Below are positions 12,585 through 26,481 of a stretch of 64,000 nt of DNA, piece by piece. The notes under the pieces were generated by a model, which searched no databases, was not told the origin of the DNA, and saw only the letters and a program-made list of their open reading frames with translations. The position numbers and the translations under genes are program-made. Position 1 is the first letter of the stretch; each line of letters starts with the position of its first letter. The DNA comes from Macrostomum hystrix (Eukaryota; Animalia; Platyhelminthes). The stretch is taken from contig CATNEN010000024.1 of NCBI GenBank assembly GCA_950097015.1, positions 186,001 to 250,000 on the forward strand. The letters are read 5' to 3'.

Positions 12585-12918
12585 TGTGGTTGTTATTTCC
12601 GTATTTTTCTCTTTTTTCTTCTTCTTCTGAGTCTATTCTGAGTGAGTCTCGACTCAAACCCATTAGGCGTCAGTAAATATTCGTTTTGAGCATACTTTCA
12701 AACCAGGTGTACACAGCCTGTACAGTCCTGCTCTTGCCTGACCCTTGGCCTGAGGAGGTGGGGTTAGACTGTACACTTTGAGCTGTCTCCATTCGCATGC
12801 GACTCGGAGTTGTTTGTGATTCAATTAAAAAATTCTTATCGATAGAGAGAAATTTAATTCAGCCAAGGTGGAGATCATTTGTCTGCCTCAACTTGTTATA
12901 GGTGTTAGCAAAGGCGCT

Positions 12919-13240
12919 GCTAATTGCTCTGCCTAATTAAATACGATGAAAGGTATCAGCACAGGTGATGCTAATTGCTCTGCCTAATTAAATACGATGA
13001 AAGGTATCAGCACAGGTGATGCTAATTGCTCTGCCTAATTAAACACGATGAAAGGTATCAGCACAGGTGATGCTAATTGCTCTGCCTAATTAAATACGAT
13101 GAAAGGTATCAGCACAGGTGATGCTAATTGCTCTGCCTAATTAAACACGATGAAAGGTATCAGCACAGGTGATGCTAATTGCTCTGCCTAATTAAACACG
13201 ATGAAAGGTATCAGCACAGGTGATGCTAATTGCACTGCCA
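12919..13240. repeat. 51-bp tandem repeat, about 6 copies
   Basis: GCTAATTGCTCTGCC recurs at 12919, 12970, 13021 and onward. Confidence 0.93.
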
Positions 13241-14457
13241 CACTTGATACGATTAGAGGTGTTAGCAATGATGATGTTTAATCGCCCTGTCTCATTAAAT
13301 ACGATGAAAGGCATCATCAGTACAGGTAAAATTGATCAATTTTTCTCGACGATATTGGGTCAGGTTGAGTTATTTTGATTTATAAAAATTAAAAATATTT
13401 GAGATAATATTTGAGATTACATTTGAGAAAGTAATTATCAAGCGGTTTAAAATACCGGCCGATAATTTAAGGCCAAAAGATTGACTTGAAACAATGGGCT
13501 TATTTTATCTATAGTAAAGTGATTTTCTAATTGTTACTGCACTGTATATTTCATTTTTTCCCCAGGAAAAAATAGATAAACGATTCACAATCTACAAAGA
13601 AAGATAGAAATAATGATGCATAACTTAGTTGTACCAGATGGCGATTCTGCAACCACTGGACAATAATCTCTACAATATTCAAGCCACTTTCTAAACTGGT
13701 ATTGTAAAACGCATGGCAGGTATTAATTACTCACCAACAGGCACTATTCCGAGCTCAGTAGCTTAAGACCCGGCCTGACTTTGATAACTGCTCAGGAGCC
13801 ATCGCCTACACGCACAGGCTTGGTCAGTTTGACCAGATTTTACCTGGCTCTCAAGAGCAGCAATCAAAAACTGACCGATGGGGCCACAATTTGAAGAAAA
13901 TTGAGCAAATTTTCAGATTGTCTCAGTTGAGCACTCGGCAGGGTTTTATGCCCCTAGGCATTGGCAAGCACTTCCGGTGAGGTGGCTCTGCGGCCTTATC
14001 ACCCACACCCCTCCCCCAACCAGAGGTGAGAACAGCTCCGATTGAATGCTGGATTTCAAATGAGAGAAACAAAGAAATATTATGAAGGATTTCTTCTTTC
14101 CAAACGATAAATAAACTGCTATTTTTTTCTCGCGCTAAATTCCCAACACGGGTGCTGACGTGGCGCCGTGAAGAAGAATGGGGGATACATTTGGGAGGTC
14201 CGTGGGCGGTTTCTGGGATTTGGTTTACGATTCCCAGCTCATCCGGTTGTTTTTGGAGTCGGGATTCGACCACCGGAGGTGACGACTCAGAGTAAGGCAG
14301 AATGAGAAATGAGATCTGACAGACCGGGCTGTTGTGATATTTTTATTTATTCGATAATGTGGTTTCTGCATTGTGTCTCTGCAGTACAGACACCTATTTA
14401 GATTAGCCTATCTATCTAGTTTCAGTCAAATATTCTCAGAATGAGTTAGAAAACTGC

Positions 14458-15212
14458 TGTCAGGAGAGTGCTTCGGAGTTGTCAGGAGAGTGCTCAAAAT
14501 CTTTCAGGAGAGTGCTTGGAGAGTGCTTCGGAGTTGTCAGGAGAGTGCTCAAAATCTTTCAGGAGAGTGCTCAAAATCTTTCAGGAGAGTGCTCAAAATC
14601 TGTCAGGAGAGTGCTCAAAATCTGTCAGGAGAGTGCTCAGAATCTGTCAGGAGAGTGCTCAAAATCTGTCAGGAGAGTGCTCAAAATCTGTCAGGAGAGT
14701 GCTCAGAATCTGTCAGGAGAGTGCTTAGAATCTGTCAGGAGAGTGCTCAGAATCTGTCAGGAGAGTGCTCAAAATCTGTCAGGAGAGTGCTCAAAATCTG
14801 TCAGGAGAGTGCTCAAAATCTGTCAGGAGAGTGCTCAAAATCTGTCAGGAGAGTGCTCAAAATCTGTCAGGAGAGTGCTCAAAATCTGTCAGGAGAGTGC
14901 TCAGAATCTGTCAGGAGAGTGCTTAGAATCTGTCAGGAGAGTGCTCAGAATCTGTCAGGAGAGTGCTCAAAATCTGTCAGGAGAGTGCTCAAAATCTTTC
15001 AGGAGAGTGCTCAAAATCTTTCAGGAGAGTGCTTGGAGAGTGCTTCGGAGTTGTCAGGAGAGTGCTCAAAATCTGTCAGGAGAGTGCTCAAAATCTGTCA
15101 GGAGAGTGCTCAAAATCTTTCAGGAGAGTGCTTGGAGAGTGCTTCGGAGTTGTCAGAAGAGTGCTCAAAATCTGTCAGGAGAGTGCTCAAAATCTGTCTG
15201 GAGAGTGCTCAG
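14458..15212. repeat. 22-bp minisatellite (TCAGGAGAGTGCTCAAAATCTG)n
   Basis: Read directly; source of the spurious ORFs at 14468-15279. Confidence 0.95.
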
Positions 15213-15323
15213 ATGGCTGCAAATTCGTTTATACTGCCAATTGAAAGCTAATCTAAGAAAACACGGATGTTCTGTTTAACAAACAAAAGACAGTATTTCG
15301 ATTCCATCAAGCGCAAATCTCGT

Positions 15324-15552
15324 CAAGGACCACTGGGTCTAGTAGTTGTCGCTGACTGGCCATCTGAAATGAAAGCGGTGGGCGCGACTAGCCGGGCCTT
15401 GAACAAAATCAACTTTTTTCGCATTGATTTTCTTTAGTCTCTACTAATCTCTACTAAAAGTAGGCACAAATGAGAAAGCATGAAATTTTTTTTTGTTAAA
15501 CAAATATGGATTCGCCGTCGAGGTTTATACAGAGCAATGTCAGTTGTCCTTG
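15324..15552. mobile_element. 229-bp element with the same CAAGGAC(C/A)ACT terminal inverted repeats
   Basis: CAAGGACCACT at 15324 and AGTTGTCCTTG ending 15552, the same ends as the 43-bp element. No TSD visible. Confidence 0.45.
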
Positions 15553-16299
15553 TCACCAGGGTTTTCGACAAGAATTGCTTGTGTTACCGGACACCGGTAA
15601 CACCGGTATTACACCGGTGTAATGCTGACACCGGACGGCTTTGAAAGTTCATCGTAAAGGGGCGGAAAACTTGGATTTATAGCGACTTTCACAAACAATC
15701 TGTCATTAGATTTGGGACCTATCGTGAAATAGGCAGTGCGAATTTGAACGGCCCCGTTGTCTTTCCCCAATGGGGAAAATAGCTCACCTTCGCTAGCCAG
15801 CCGGCGTGTCAGCCAGCGAACATCAGCGGGCAGCAGGGACCAGTCGGACTTCCTGGCTGCGTCTCGCTGACGAGTTAGTTGAACAGCCAGCATGGCGACG
15901 AAGTTTGTGCGGCTGATACGACCGCTGGCTGTAAAATGATTGGTTGCGTGATAGACCATGGACTCTAGCGAGACTGCATAGCAACCAAAATGAGGTTTTA
16001 CCTACCTCGATCTGCAAACAGGCCTATCCATTCAGATGGTCTGTCATGGCAGCCGTCAAAGCCGAGCTTCGAGAACGCGTCAGCAAGACCTTCTGGCTGA
16101 AGCTGATTACGACCGGGCAAGCTTCGAAACACAGATTCTGCAACTAAAGTTAAAATAATTATAATCGTCTCAGATTAGTATGATTACTAACTAATTCAGA
16201 TTATCCAGCAAAGACTGACCGCTAAGCCATTCCTCTGAAATGGGACATTCGTCAATTAGAAGATCCTGAAATTATTGCATGCTGCATTGTGAAATCTAC

Positions 16300-16655
16300 T
16301 GACAGTCACTCTGACAACTAGAAACAGTCACTCTAACAACTAGAAACAGTCACTCTGACAACTCGAAACAGTCACTCTGACACTTAAAAACAGTCACTCT
16401 AACAACTAGAAACAGTCACTATAACAACTAGAAACAGTCACTCTAACAACTAGAAACAGTCACTCTGACACTTAGAAACAGTCACTCTAACAACTAGAAA
16501 CAGTCACTATAACAACTAGAAACAGTCACTCTAACAACTAGAAACAGTCACTCTATAAACTAGAAACAGTCACTCTAACAACTAGAAACAGTCACTCCGA
16601 CACCTAGAAAGAGTCACTCTGACAACTAGAAAGAGTCACTCTGACAACTAGAAAC
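16300..16655. repeat. 22-bp minisatellite (GAAACAGTCACTCTAACAACTA)n
   Basis: About 15 copies. Confidence 0.93.
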
Positions 16656-17564
16656 TTGACTCTCTCACCACCCGGGCCAGTCTCCCCTGTCCCTCTGCGT
16701 TTAGCCTAACTCGCCGACAACCGCGTCCACGACTGTACGACAGACAGTCCACAGACAGTCGGTCCAGTTCTGGCTTGGAGACAACGATTGGCGGCTTGTC
16801 ATACTCTGACAGGCACCGAGTTGAGACTGATGAAGTTGAATAATTGCTTGAGACCGTCGCCACCGCTTGCCTGTTAGTGAAAATATATGTACTTGATTGA
16901 TAGATTGAGAATTTTCCGTGCCCAGTAAGGCCAGATGTACAGCCGCAGCAATTTCCCAGCGCCTCTAAACGCTGTGTACAGCTTCTCAGTCCATGGACAA
17001 TTGACGCCGCAGCACACAACTAGATTTCTGCCCCAACTAATTCTGGTACCCACATTGATCCTATTAATGTTTTATTAATATAAACCTGACTAAAATATTA
17101 ATTAGAGATAATAAAATATTGAAAGACTTACACTTCAACAACAACTTTGCTGTGCGGCATCAAAGTTAATTTCTTGGAAAGATCGAATACACAATGAAAA
17201 CCCGCTGCAATACGCTTTAGTGCTTGGCTGAATCTGCGGAACTGGGTATATTGTAGTTAGATAGAGTCTGTACCCGTAATTTATACAATGTGGAGATTTG
17301 GTATTTCACGAAACTAACGGTCTGTTGCGTTTGTGTTTACACTGCACCTGTCTCCGGGATGGACCGGAGGTAATGGGTCAAGTGGAACAGATCGAAATGG
17401 CGTTGACTTTCCAAGCAACCGGGGCTAACATAGGAGAAAGGTTGCTGTTTATTTATTCTTGTGATTTTCATCTGCATCGAGTGAAAGGAACTAAACTGAC
17501 ATTTCGCTCCCTTAGAATTGCATTGCCTCACTAAGCACTCTACTAGTTCACTCGGTACATTTCA

Positions 17565-20500
17565 CTCCATTCTTCTTCACTTGTCACTCTTCTGAATATA
17601 ACAATCAACTTACACTTCACTCTGTACTTGGCACTCTTCTGAATATAACAATCGCCTTACACTTCACTCTGTACTTGGCACTCTTCTGAATATAACAATC
17701 GCCTTACACTTCACTCTGTACTTGGCACTCTTCTGAATATAACAATCGCCTTACACTTCACTCTGTACTTGGCACTCTTCTGAATATAACAATCGCCTTA
17801 CAATTCACTCTGTACTTGTCACTCTTCTAATTATAACAATCGACTTACACTTCAGTCTGTACTTGTCACTCTTCTGAATATAACAATCGACTTACACTTC
17901 ACTCTGTACTTGTCACTCTTCGGAATCTAACAATCGCCTTACACTTCACTCTGTACTTGTCACTCTTCTGAATATAACAATCGCCTTACACTTCACTCTG
18001 TACTTGTCACTCTTCTGAATCTAACAATCGCCTTACACTTCACTCTGTACTTGTCCCTCTTCTGAATATAACAATCAACTTACACTTCACTCTGTACTTG
18101 TTGTGACTTACACGTAAATTTAAGTGAGGCTTAAATAATGGTTGGTTGTTGGTGCGATTAGAAATCCTTGCGGCGGTCCGAGAGCCAGCGGGTCAAGAAT
18201 ATATAGCCAGAAGTCTCGTAACCAATTTTATTGATTTTATTATAGCGAGATAACAATGGGGGAGCTGAGCGTACATTGTAGAGAGAAAGATAAGAGACGA
18301 GCGATCGAGAGGGGTGGCGAACACGGGGGGGTTGAGGCGTACATTAGAGAAAAGGTGGGCAGGCAGCGAAGATACGAGTAATGCATGAGGGGGTCCAGTG
18401 CAGGCGCACTTCATGATAATTTAGCGACAGTACTTGTCACTCTTCGGAATCTAACAATCAACTTACACTTCACTCTGTACTTGTCACTCTTCTGAATATA
18501 ACAATCGCCTTACACTTCACTCTGTACTTGTCACTCTTCTGAACATAACAATCGCCTTACACTTCACTCTGTACTTGGCACTCTTCTGAATATAACAATC
18601 GCCTTACACTTCACTCTGTACTTGTCACTCTTCTGAATATAACAATCGCCTTACACTTCACTCTGTACTTGTCACTCTTCTGAATATAACAATCGCCTTA
18701 CACTTCACTCTGTACTTGTCACTCTTCTGAGTATAACAATCGCCTTACACTTCACTCTGTATTTGTCACTCTTCTGAATATAACAATCGCCTTACACTTC
18801 ACTCTGTACTTGTCACTCTTCGGAATCTAACAATCAACTTACACTTCACTCTGTACTTGTCACTCTTCGGAATCTAACAATCGCCTTACACTTCACTCTG
18901 TACTTGGCACTCTTCTGAATATAACAATCGCCTTACACTTCACTCTGTACTTGTCACTCTTCGGAATCTAACAATCGCCTTACACTTCACTCTGTACTTG
19001 TCACTCTTCTGAATATAACAATCGCCTTACACTTCACTCTGTACTTGTCACTCTTCTGAATATAACAATCGCCTTACACTTCAATCTGTACTTGTCACTG
19101 TTCTGAATCTAACAATCGCCTTACACTTCACTCTGTACTTGTCACTCTTCTGAATATAACAATCGCCTTACACTTCACTCTGTACTTGTCACTCTTCTGA
19201 ATATAACAATCGCCTTACACTTCACTCTGTACTTGTCACTCTTCTGAATCTAACAATCGCCTTACACTTCACTCTGTACTTGTCACTCTTCTGAATATAA
19301 CAATCGCCTTACACTTCACTCTGTACTTGGCACTCTTCTGAATATAACAATCGCCTTACACTTCACTCTGTACTTGTCACTCTTCTAATTATAACAATCG
19401 ACTTACACTTCAGTCTGTACTTGTCACTCTTCTGAATATAACAATCGACTTACACTTCAGTCTGTACTTGTCACTCTTCTGAATATAACAATCGCCTTAC
19501 ACTTCACTCTGTACTTGTCACTCTTCGGAATCTAACAATCGCCTTACACTTCACTCTGTACTTGTCACTCTTCTGAATATAACAATCAACTTACACTTCA
19601 CTCTGTACTTGTCACTCTTCGGAATCTAACAATCAACTTACACTTCACTCTGTACTTGGCACTCTTCTGAATATAACAATCGCCTTACACTTCACTCTGT
19701 ACTTGTCACTCTTCTGAATATAACAATCAACTTACACTTCACTCTGTACTTGTCACTCTTCGGAATCTAACAATCAACTTACACTTCACTCTGTACTTGT
19801 CACTCTTCTGAATATAACAATCGCCTTACACTTCACTCTGTACTTGTCACTCTTCGGAATCTAACAATCAACTTACACTTCACTCTGTACTTGTCACTCT
19901 TCGGAATCTAACAATCGCCTTACACTTCACTCTGTACTTGGCACTCTTCTGAATATAACAATCGCCTTACACTTCACTCTGTACTTGTCACTCTTCGGAA
20001 TCTAACAATCGCCTTACACTTCACTCTGTACTTGTCACTCTTCTGAATATAACAATCGCCTTACACTTCACTCTGTACTTGGCACTCTTCTGAATATAAC
20101 AATCGCCTTACACTTCACTCTGTACTTGTCACTCTTCGGAATCTAACAATCGCCTTACACTTCACTCTGTACTTGTCACTCTTCTGAATATAACAATCGC
20201 CTTACACTTCACTCTGTACTTGTCACTCTTCTGAATATAACAATCGCCTTACACTTCACTCTGTACTTGTCACTGTTCTGAATCTAACAATCGCCTTACA
20301 CTTCACTCTGTACTTGTCACTCTTCTGAATATAACAATCGCCTTACACTTCACTCTGTACTTGTCACTCTTCTGAATATAACAATCGCCTTACACTTCAC
20401 TCTGTACTTGGCACTCTTCTGAATCTAACAATCGCCTTACACTTCACTCTGTACTTGTCACTCTTCTGAATATAACAATCGCCTTACACTTCACTCTGTA

Positions 20501-20950
20501 CTTGTCACTCTTCTGAATATAACAATCGCCTTACACTTCACTCTGTACTTGTCACTCTTCTGAATCTAACAATCGCCTTACACTTCACTCTGTACTTGTC
20601 AGTCTTCTTACAATCAATCGCCTTACACTTCACTCTGTACTTGTCACTCTTCTGAACATAACAATCGCCTTACACTTCACTCTGTACTTGTCACTCTTCT
20701 GAACATAACAATCGCCTTACACTTCACTCTGTACTTGTCACTCTTCTGAACATAACAATCGCCTTACACTTCACTCTGTACTTGTCACTCTTCTGAGTAT
20801 AACAATCGCCTTACACTTCACTCTGTACTTGTCACTCTTCTTACAATCAATCGCCTTACACTTCACTCTGTACTTGTCACTCTTCTTACAATCAATCGCC
20901 CTACACTTCACTCTGTACTTGTCACTCTTCTAAATAAATCACACTCTACT
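17565..20950. repeat. 47-bp satellite (ACTTGTCACTCTTCTGAATATAACAATCGCCTTACACTTCACTCTGT)n, interrupted by a solo LTR
   Basis: About 65 copies, period 47. Confidence 0.97.
18099..18429 (-). mobile_element. Solo LTR (331 bp) inserted in the 47-bp satellite
   Basis: Starts TGTTG, ends CGACA (TG...CA with short imperfect inverted ends); 5-bp TSD GTACT at 18094-18098 and 18430-18434; two AATAAA on the minus strand near 18230-18242. Confidence 0.75.
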
Positions 20951-22244
20951 TGTCACTCAAAATCTTAAACATTTAGTCTAACGATTCACAAGGAAAATTT
21001 GATGCTTTTCTATTGCACTACTAACAGTAGTCTGATAAGTAGCAAGCACTGTAAGACAGCGTAAAAAAGCCCGTTTTTGAAGCTCTCTGTTCAGGGGGCA
21101 CGGCATAAGGCAAAAGTGAAATTTCAATGTCTACCAATTTCATTGGCTTCTATATTCCGAAGAGGAAAATCAAACAGCGAAAATGACAGGCATAACTGAC
21201 CGAGGGGGGCACGCAGTGGTGCTGAGTGATTTGGGGATAAAGATATGGGATCTGCGGGAGGTGGGCGATTCTAGGGTCAAATTTTAAGCGCCCACTTTCT
21301 ATTTAATATTTCATATTTTTAGCCCAACCGATTCGCGCAAAAACTCGACAGGGGGTTGTCTTAACTTTAAGCTGGCCCTGTGGTGTTTTAAGCGATTGCT
21401 CACCCAAAGGTCGGCTTTTAATTAAATATTTCTGTGCCCCTCTTATAAATCTGCTTTAAAGAATTTGAAAGCAATGGCTATAGGTCTTCAATGTGGACAA
21501 TTGTGCAGGAAATTCGTCACACTCGATATAAGCGAAGGAATTTGAAGAATTGATTGTTAAATTTTTAACAGGACAGAAGTTTGAGAGGGCGAATGAGGAA
21601 ATTCACCAAACACTTCCCCCTTCTGTTCAATCAATAAATATTGCATCTAGTACAAAAAATATTCCCATTTAAGCGTTTAATTATCGTATATATTTGAAGC
21701 ATATGTTTCCACTTATTGTTTATACCGATTTCAAGTCCAACATATGTTCATTACTTTTCAGTTAGAAATGAACAGAAATTCCTTTCACATCTCATCCACG
21801 CACATGGCTATTCGCTCTGGGGTTTCATCGAATTATGAAAAAAAATAGCCTATGGCAACTTTTCGCTATCAGCCGCTGGCATCAGTTCCGCCAAATGTCG
21901 ATGAGTTTTTTAGGCCTTCCAGCCTGTCTGTCTGTCTGTTCCTCTGTTTCATAGTCCATGAGGCTGTGTTGAGTTGGTTGTGAAATGAAACACAGGAAAT
22001 TTGAGATGGTATTAGGCTCTTCTAGGAGACAAAAAGTCGGATTTTAATTAATGAATTAATTAGCGATGCTGTGCCTATCGGATTGGAAATCAGCTCACCG
22101 GATAGCGACAATGCATTTGAGTTTGAAGCTTTGCCAATTCAACAGTTCGCTGAATGCTAAATAAATGCCTCTAGGAGAATAGATGCAGATAAGAGATTGA
22201 CTGGAAAGTATAAGCAGTGTGAAGCGAGTGAATTCAGTGGGATG

Positions 22245-23550
22245 AAGAGATGGGGAGAGATGGGGAGAGATGGGGAGAGATGGAGAGAGATGGGGAGAGA
22301 TGGAGAGAGATGGGAAGAGATAGAGAGAGATGGAGAGAGATGGAGAGAGATGGAGAGAGATGGGGAGAGATGGGGAGAGATGGGGAGAGATGGAGAGAGA
22401 TGGAGAGAGATGGAGAGAGATGGAGAGAGATGGAGAGAGATGGGGAGAGATGGGGAGAGATGGAGAGAGATGGGGAGAGATGGGAAGAGATAGAGAGAGA
22501 TGGAGAGAGATGGAGAGAGATGGAGAGAGATGGAGAGAGATGGGGAGAGATGGGGAGAGATGGGGAGAGATGGAGAGAGATGGAGAGAGATGGAGAGAGA
22601 TGGAGAGAGATGGGGAGAGATGGGGAGAGATGGAGAGAGATGGAGAGAGATGGAGAGAGATGGAGAGAGATGGGGAGAGATGGGGAGAGATGGGGAGAGA
22701 TGGAGAGAGATGGAGAGAGATGGAGAGAGATGGAGAGAGATGGAGAGAGATGGAGAGAGATGGAGAGAGATGGAGAGATGGGGAGAGATGGAATAAATTG
22801 GGGAGAGATGGGAAGAGATGGGGAGAGATGGGGAGAGATGGGGAGAGATGGGGAGAGATGGAGAGAGATGGGGAGAGATGGGGAGAGATGGAGAGAGATG
22901 GAGAGAGATGGAGAGAGATGGAGAGAGATGGAGAGAGATGGAGAGAGATGGAGAGAGATGGAGAGAGATGGAGAGAGATGGAGAGAGGGAGAGATGGGGA
23001 GAGATGGAATAAATTGGGGAGAGATGGGAAGAGATGGGGAGAGATGGGGAGAGATGGGGAGAGATGGAGAGAGATGGGGAGAGATGGAGAGAGATGGAGA
23101 GAGATGGGGAGAGATGGGGAGAGATGGAGAGAGATGGAGAGAGATGGAGAGAGATGGGGAGAGATGGGAGAGATGGGGAGAGATGGGGAGAGATGGGGAG
23201 AGATGGGGAGAGATGGAGAGAGATGGAGAGAGATGGAGAGAGATGGAGAGAGATGGGGAGAGATGGGGAGAGATGGGGAGAGATGGAGAGAGATGGAGAG
23301 AGATGGAGAGAGATGGAGAGAGATGGAGAAAGATGGAGAGAGATGGAGAGAGATGGAGAGAGATGGAGAGAGATGGAGAGAGATGGAGAGAGATGGAGAG
23401 AGATGGAGAGAGATGGAGAGAGATGGAGAAAGATGGAGAGAGATGGAGAGAGATGGAGAGAGATGGAGAGAGATGGAGAGAGATGTAGAAAGATGGAGAG
23501 AGATGGAGAGAGATGGAGAGAGATGGAGAAAGATGGAGAGAGATGGAGAG
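22245..23550. repeat. 10-bp purine-rich minisatellite (GAGAGATGGR)n
   Basis: Read directly; gives spurious MERDGERW... ORFs. Confidence 0.97.
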
Positions 23551-24484
23551 ATTTAATAAGATATGGGAAGAGAAGTTAAGAGAAGGGGAGATACGATAGG
23601 GCATCTTACGTGTATACCATAATACAGTAAAATATTAGCTTTGTTGCTACGAGCTATTAGCATATCGTTGACGAGTTGATGTTAAAAAGAGGAAGTTTAA
23701 GTTAGTGAGTCCACTTAAACGGATCGCAACAGTCAGGTAGGCAACAACTCTAGATCTGTCACTTGAATACTTCTTCTTGTAATAAAAAGTCACGGAAGCC
23801 AATTCATGGGAATAAAATTTTCAAGGAGCAACAGGAACGATGATCAGCTACTTCATTATTTTAATTTCCCAACCCAACTCCGTTGTTCCAAATGGAATTG
23901 AGACTGTAGGGGTCAAAATCTACAGCCTGTGAGTTGAGAGATTTTCGAGTGTCGATATTGAGCGCGAACCCTAGGTCTTGTTCTGAGCCTTTAGAAAGTG
24001 AAACTCTATCGAAACTAGGTTCAGGAAATTGAGCCGCACGAAGTAAGAGTTTGAGAGCGGTGCGGCCTAATGCAAAAATCAAGAGAGCGCTTATAATTCC
24101 CTTAGAGAGTCGCTTTCACCTCATGGCTCCCATAACGGGGCCATGAGGTTTATAAATTGTGATTTTTCTCAAATCCTCTTAGCGACTGTTGCTGTGAGCC
24201 ATTCTCCGAAGGGGATTTTTTTATTAAAAAACTGCCGATAAGATGGAAGGATTGATTTAAGTTTTGATAACTGGCGGGGGCCTTCTTAATGTTTGGTTTT
24301 ATTGGGGTCTAACGGGGGAAGGTTTTGCACAGATTTAAATCTGTGGGAATTCGAGTGCTAGTAATGCTGCATCTCTTTCAATGGGTTCAGACAGGAACAG
24401 ATTTTATTAATTAAATAGAGAATTGGAGGTAGAAAAGATTGACAACTAGTGGGAAGCAATACTTAAGGGGATTGATAACTTGGA

Positions 24485-25625
24485 TCGGGAGGTAGGTAGA
24501 GGGGATCGGGAGGTAGGTAGAGGGGATCGGGAGGTAGGTAGAGGTGGATCAGGAGGTAGTTATAGAGGGGATCAGGAGGTAAGTAGATGGGATCAGGAGG
24601 TAGGTAGAGGTGGATCAGGAGGTAGGTAGAGGGGATCAGGAGGTAGGTTGAGGGGGATCAGGAGGTAGGTAGAGGGGATCACGAGGTAGGTAGAGGGGAT
24701 CAGGAGGTTGGTCGAGGTGGATCAGGAGGTAGGTAGAGGTGAATCAGGAGGTAAGTAGATGGGATCAGGAGGTAGGTAGAGGGGATCAGGAGGCTGGTAG
24801 AGGGGATCAGGAGGTTGGTCGAGGTGGATCAGGAGGTAAGTAGATGGGATCAGGAGGTAGGTTGAGGGGGATCAGGAGGTAGGTAGAGGCGGATCACGAG
24901 GTAGGTAGAGGGGATCGGGAGGTAGGTAGAGGGGATCAGGAGGTAGGTTGAGGGGATCAGGAGGTAGGTTGAGGGGATCAGGAGGTAGGTTGAGGGGGAT
25001 CAGGAGGTAGTTAGAGGTGGATCAGGAGGTAGTTAGAGGTGGATCAGGAGGTTGGTAGAGGGGATCAGGAGGTAAGTAGATGGGATCAGGAGGTAGGTAG
25101 AGGGGATTAGGAGGTAGGTAGAGTGGATCAGGAGGTAGGTATAGAGGGGATCACGAGGTAGGTTGAGGGTGATCAGTTGGTAGTATAAAGGGGATCAGGA
25201 GGTAGGTAGAGGGGATCAGGAGGTAGGTAAAGAGGGGATCAGGAGGTAGGTATAGAGGGGATCAGAAGGTAGGTAGAAGGGATCAAGAGGTTGGTAGAGG
25301 GGATCAGGAGGTTGGTAGAGGGGATCGGGAGGTAGATATAGAGGGGATCAGAAGGTAGGTATAGAGGGGATCAGGAGGTAGGTAGAGGGGATCAGGAGGT
25401 AGGTAGAGGGGATCAGGAGGTAGGTATAGAGGGGATCAGGAGGTAGGTATAGAGGGGATCACGAGGTAGGTAGAGGGGATCAGGAGGTAGGTAGAGGGGA
25501 TCAGGAGGTAGGTAGAGGGGATCGGGAGGTAGGTAGAGGGGATCAGGAGGTAGGTATAGAGGGGATCACGAGGTAGGTAGAGGGATCAGGGGGTAGTTAG
25601 AGGGTATCAGGCGGTAGGTAGAGGT
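24485..25625. repeat. ~21-bp G-rich minisatellite (GGATCAGGAGGTAGGTAGAGG)n
   Basis: Read directly; variable unit length. Confidence 0.93.
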
Positions 25626-26337
25626 TTTCAATTAACACTTGAAAATAGCTATACTTTGGCGCGAGACCCAACGTGCTTCAACTTCTCAACCTCTTCAGCA
25701 ATTCGAATGATTTGAATTAATTTTAGATAGTCAAGCAACAATTCACTGTATGCTCAAACAGTCTAGCTGCAGTGTGACAGCTGTGTCAATATCTATACAG
25801 TAGAGGCTAGTCTAGTTCCGCTAGTTTTCACCAATCCATCAGCTCGGCTTTCCGAACAGATGATTGGAATTATCTTCTTCAAGGAAGAGTCGATCAAAGC
25901 GCCAGTTTTTAATCAATAACGATTTTGAAGGCTTGCGCAAAAGGCGACTTGCAGAGGCAGTGGAGGATGACGCAATAGCTTATCGATTTCTATACAGTTC
26001 CAGACGCTGCAACAATTGCTGTTTATATTGTGTTGGTCTGTGCTTGAGCCAATAATTAAATTAAGCTTCATCTTTCTTCTTATACATAGTTTCTCATATT
26101 TTATCGATTGATTATTGCATTGGGTGCAGTGTTGCACAACAGTCAGATTGGCAGTGTTACATATGCCATAGACTCTTTGCAGGTAGCTATATAGTATATG
26201 AGGGTATCAATTTGTTGTCATCGATTAGATTGATTGATAAAATAATGCAATCAGTAATTGAATGGAGATCGATTAAATTTCTTCTCAGTTTCGCAGTATT
26301 TTCTGCTATAGAATTCTAAATTTGAGAGGTTTATACT

Positions 26338-26480
26338 GAGCAGTGCTATAGTTGTCCTTGTCACCAGGGACTCGGACAACTTTGAAAGTTATTGATTTTG
26401 GGGAATTTTGGGGAATTTCACAAGAATCGGTCATTCGGTTTGGGGACTGTCGTGAAGTAGGCAGTGGGTGGGTATTTGAA
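26338..26480 (+). repeat. Dispersed repeat fragment homologous to ~15530-15750
   Basis: Shared AGTTGTCCTTGTCACCAGGG, CTTTGAAAGTT, and TCATT.G.TTTGGG.AC..TCGTGAA.TAGGCAGTG. Confidence 0.65.
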
Positions 26481-26481
26481 A

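Noticed and set aside
15609-15959. ISRTNFVAMLAVQL as a piggyBac transposase C-terminal motif
   Set aside because: Single short resemblance; no catalytic motifs, Cys-rich tail or TTAA-flanked ends found.
17565-20950. CRISPR-like appearance of the 30-47-bp arrays
   Set aside because: No unique spacers, no cas genes, eukaryotic context.
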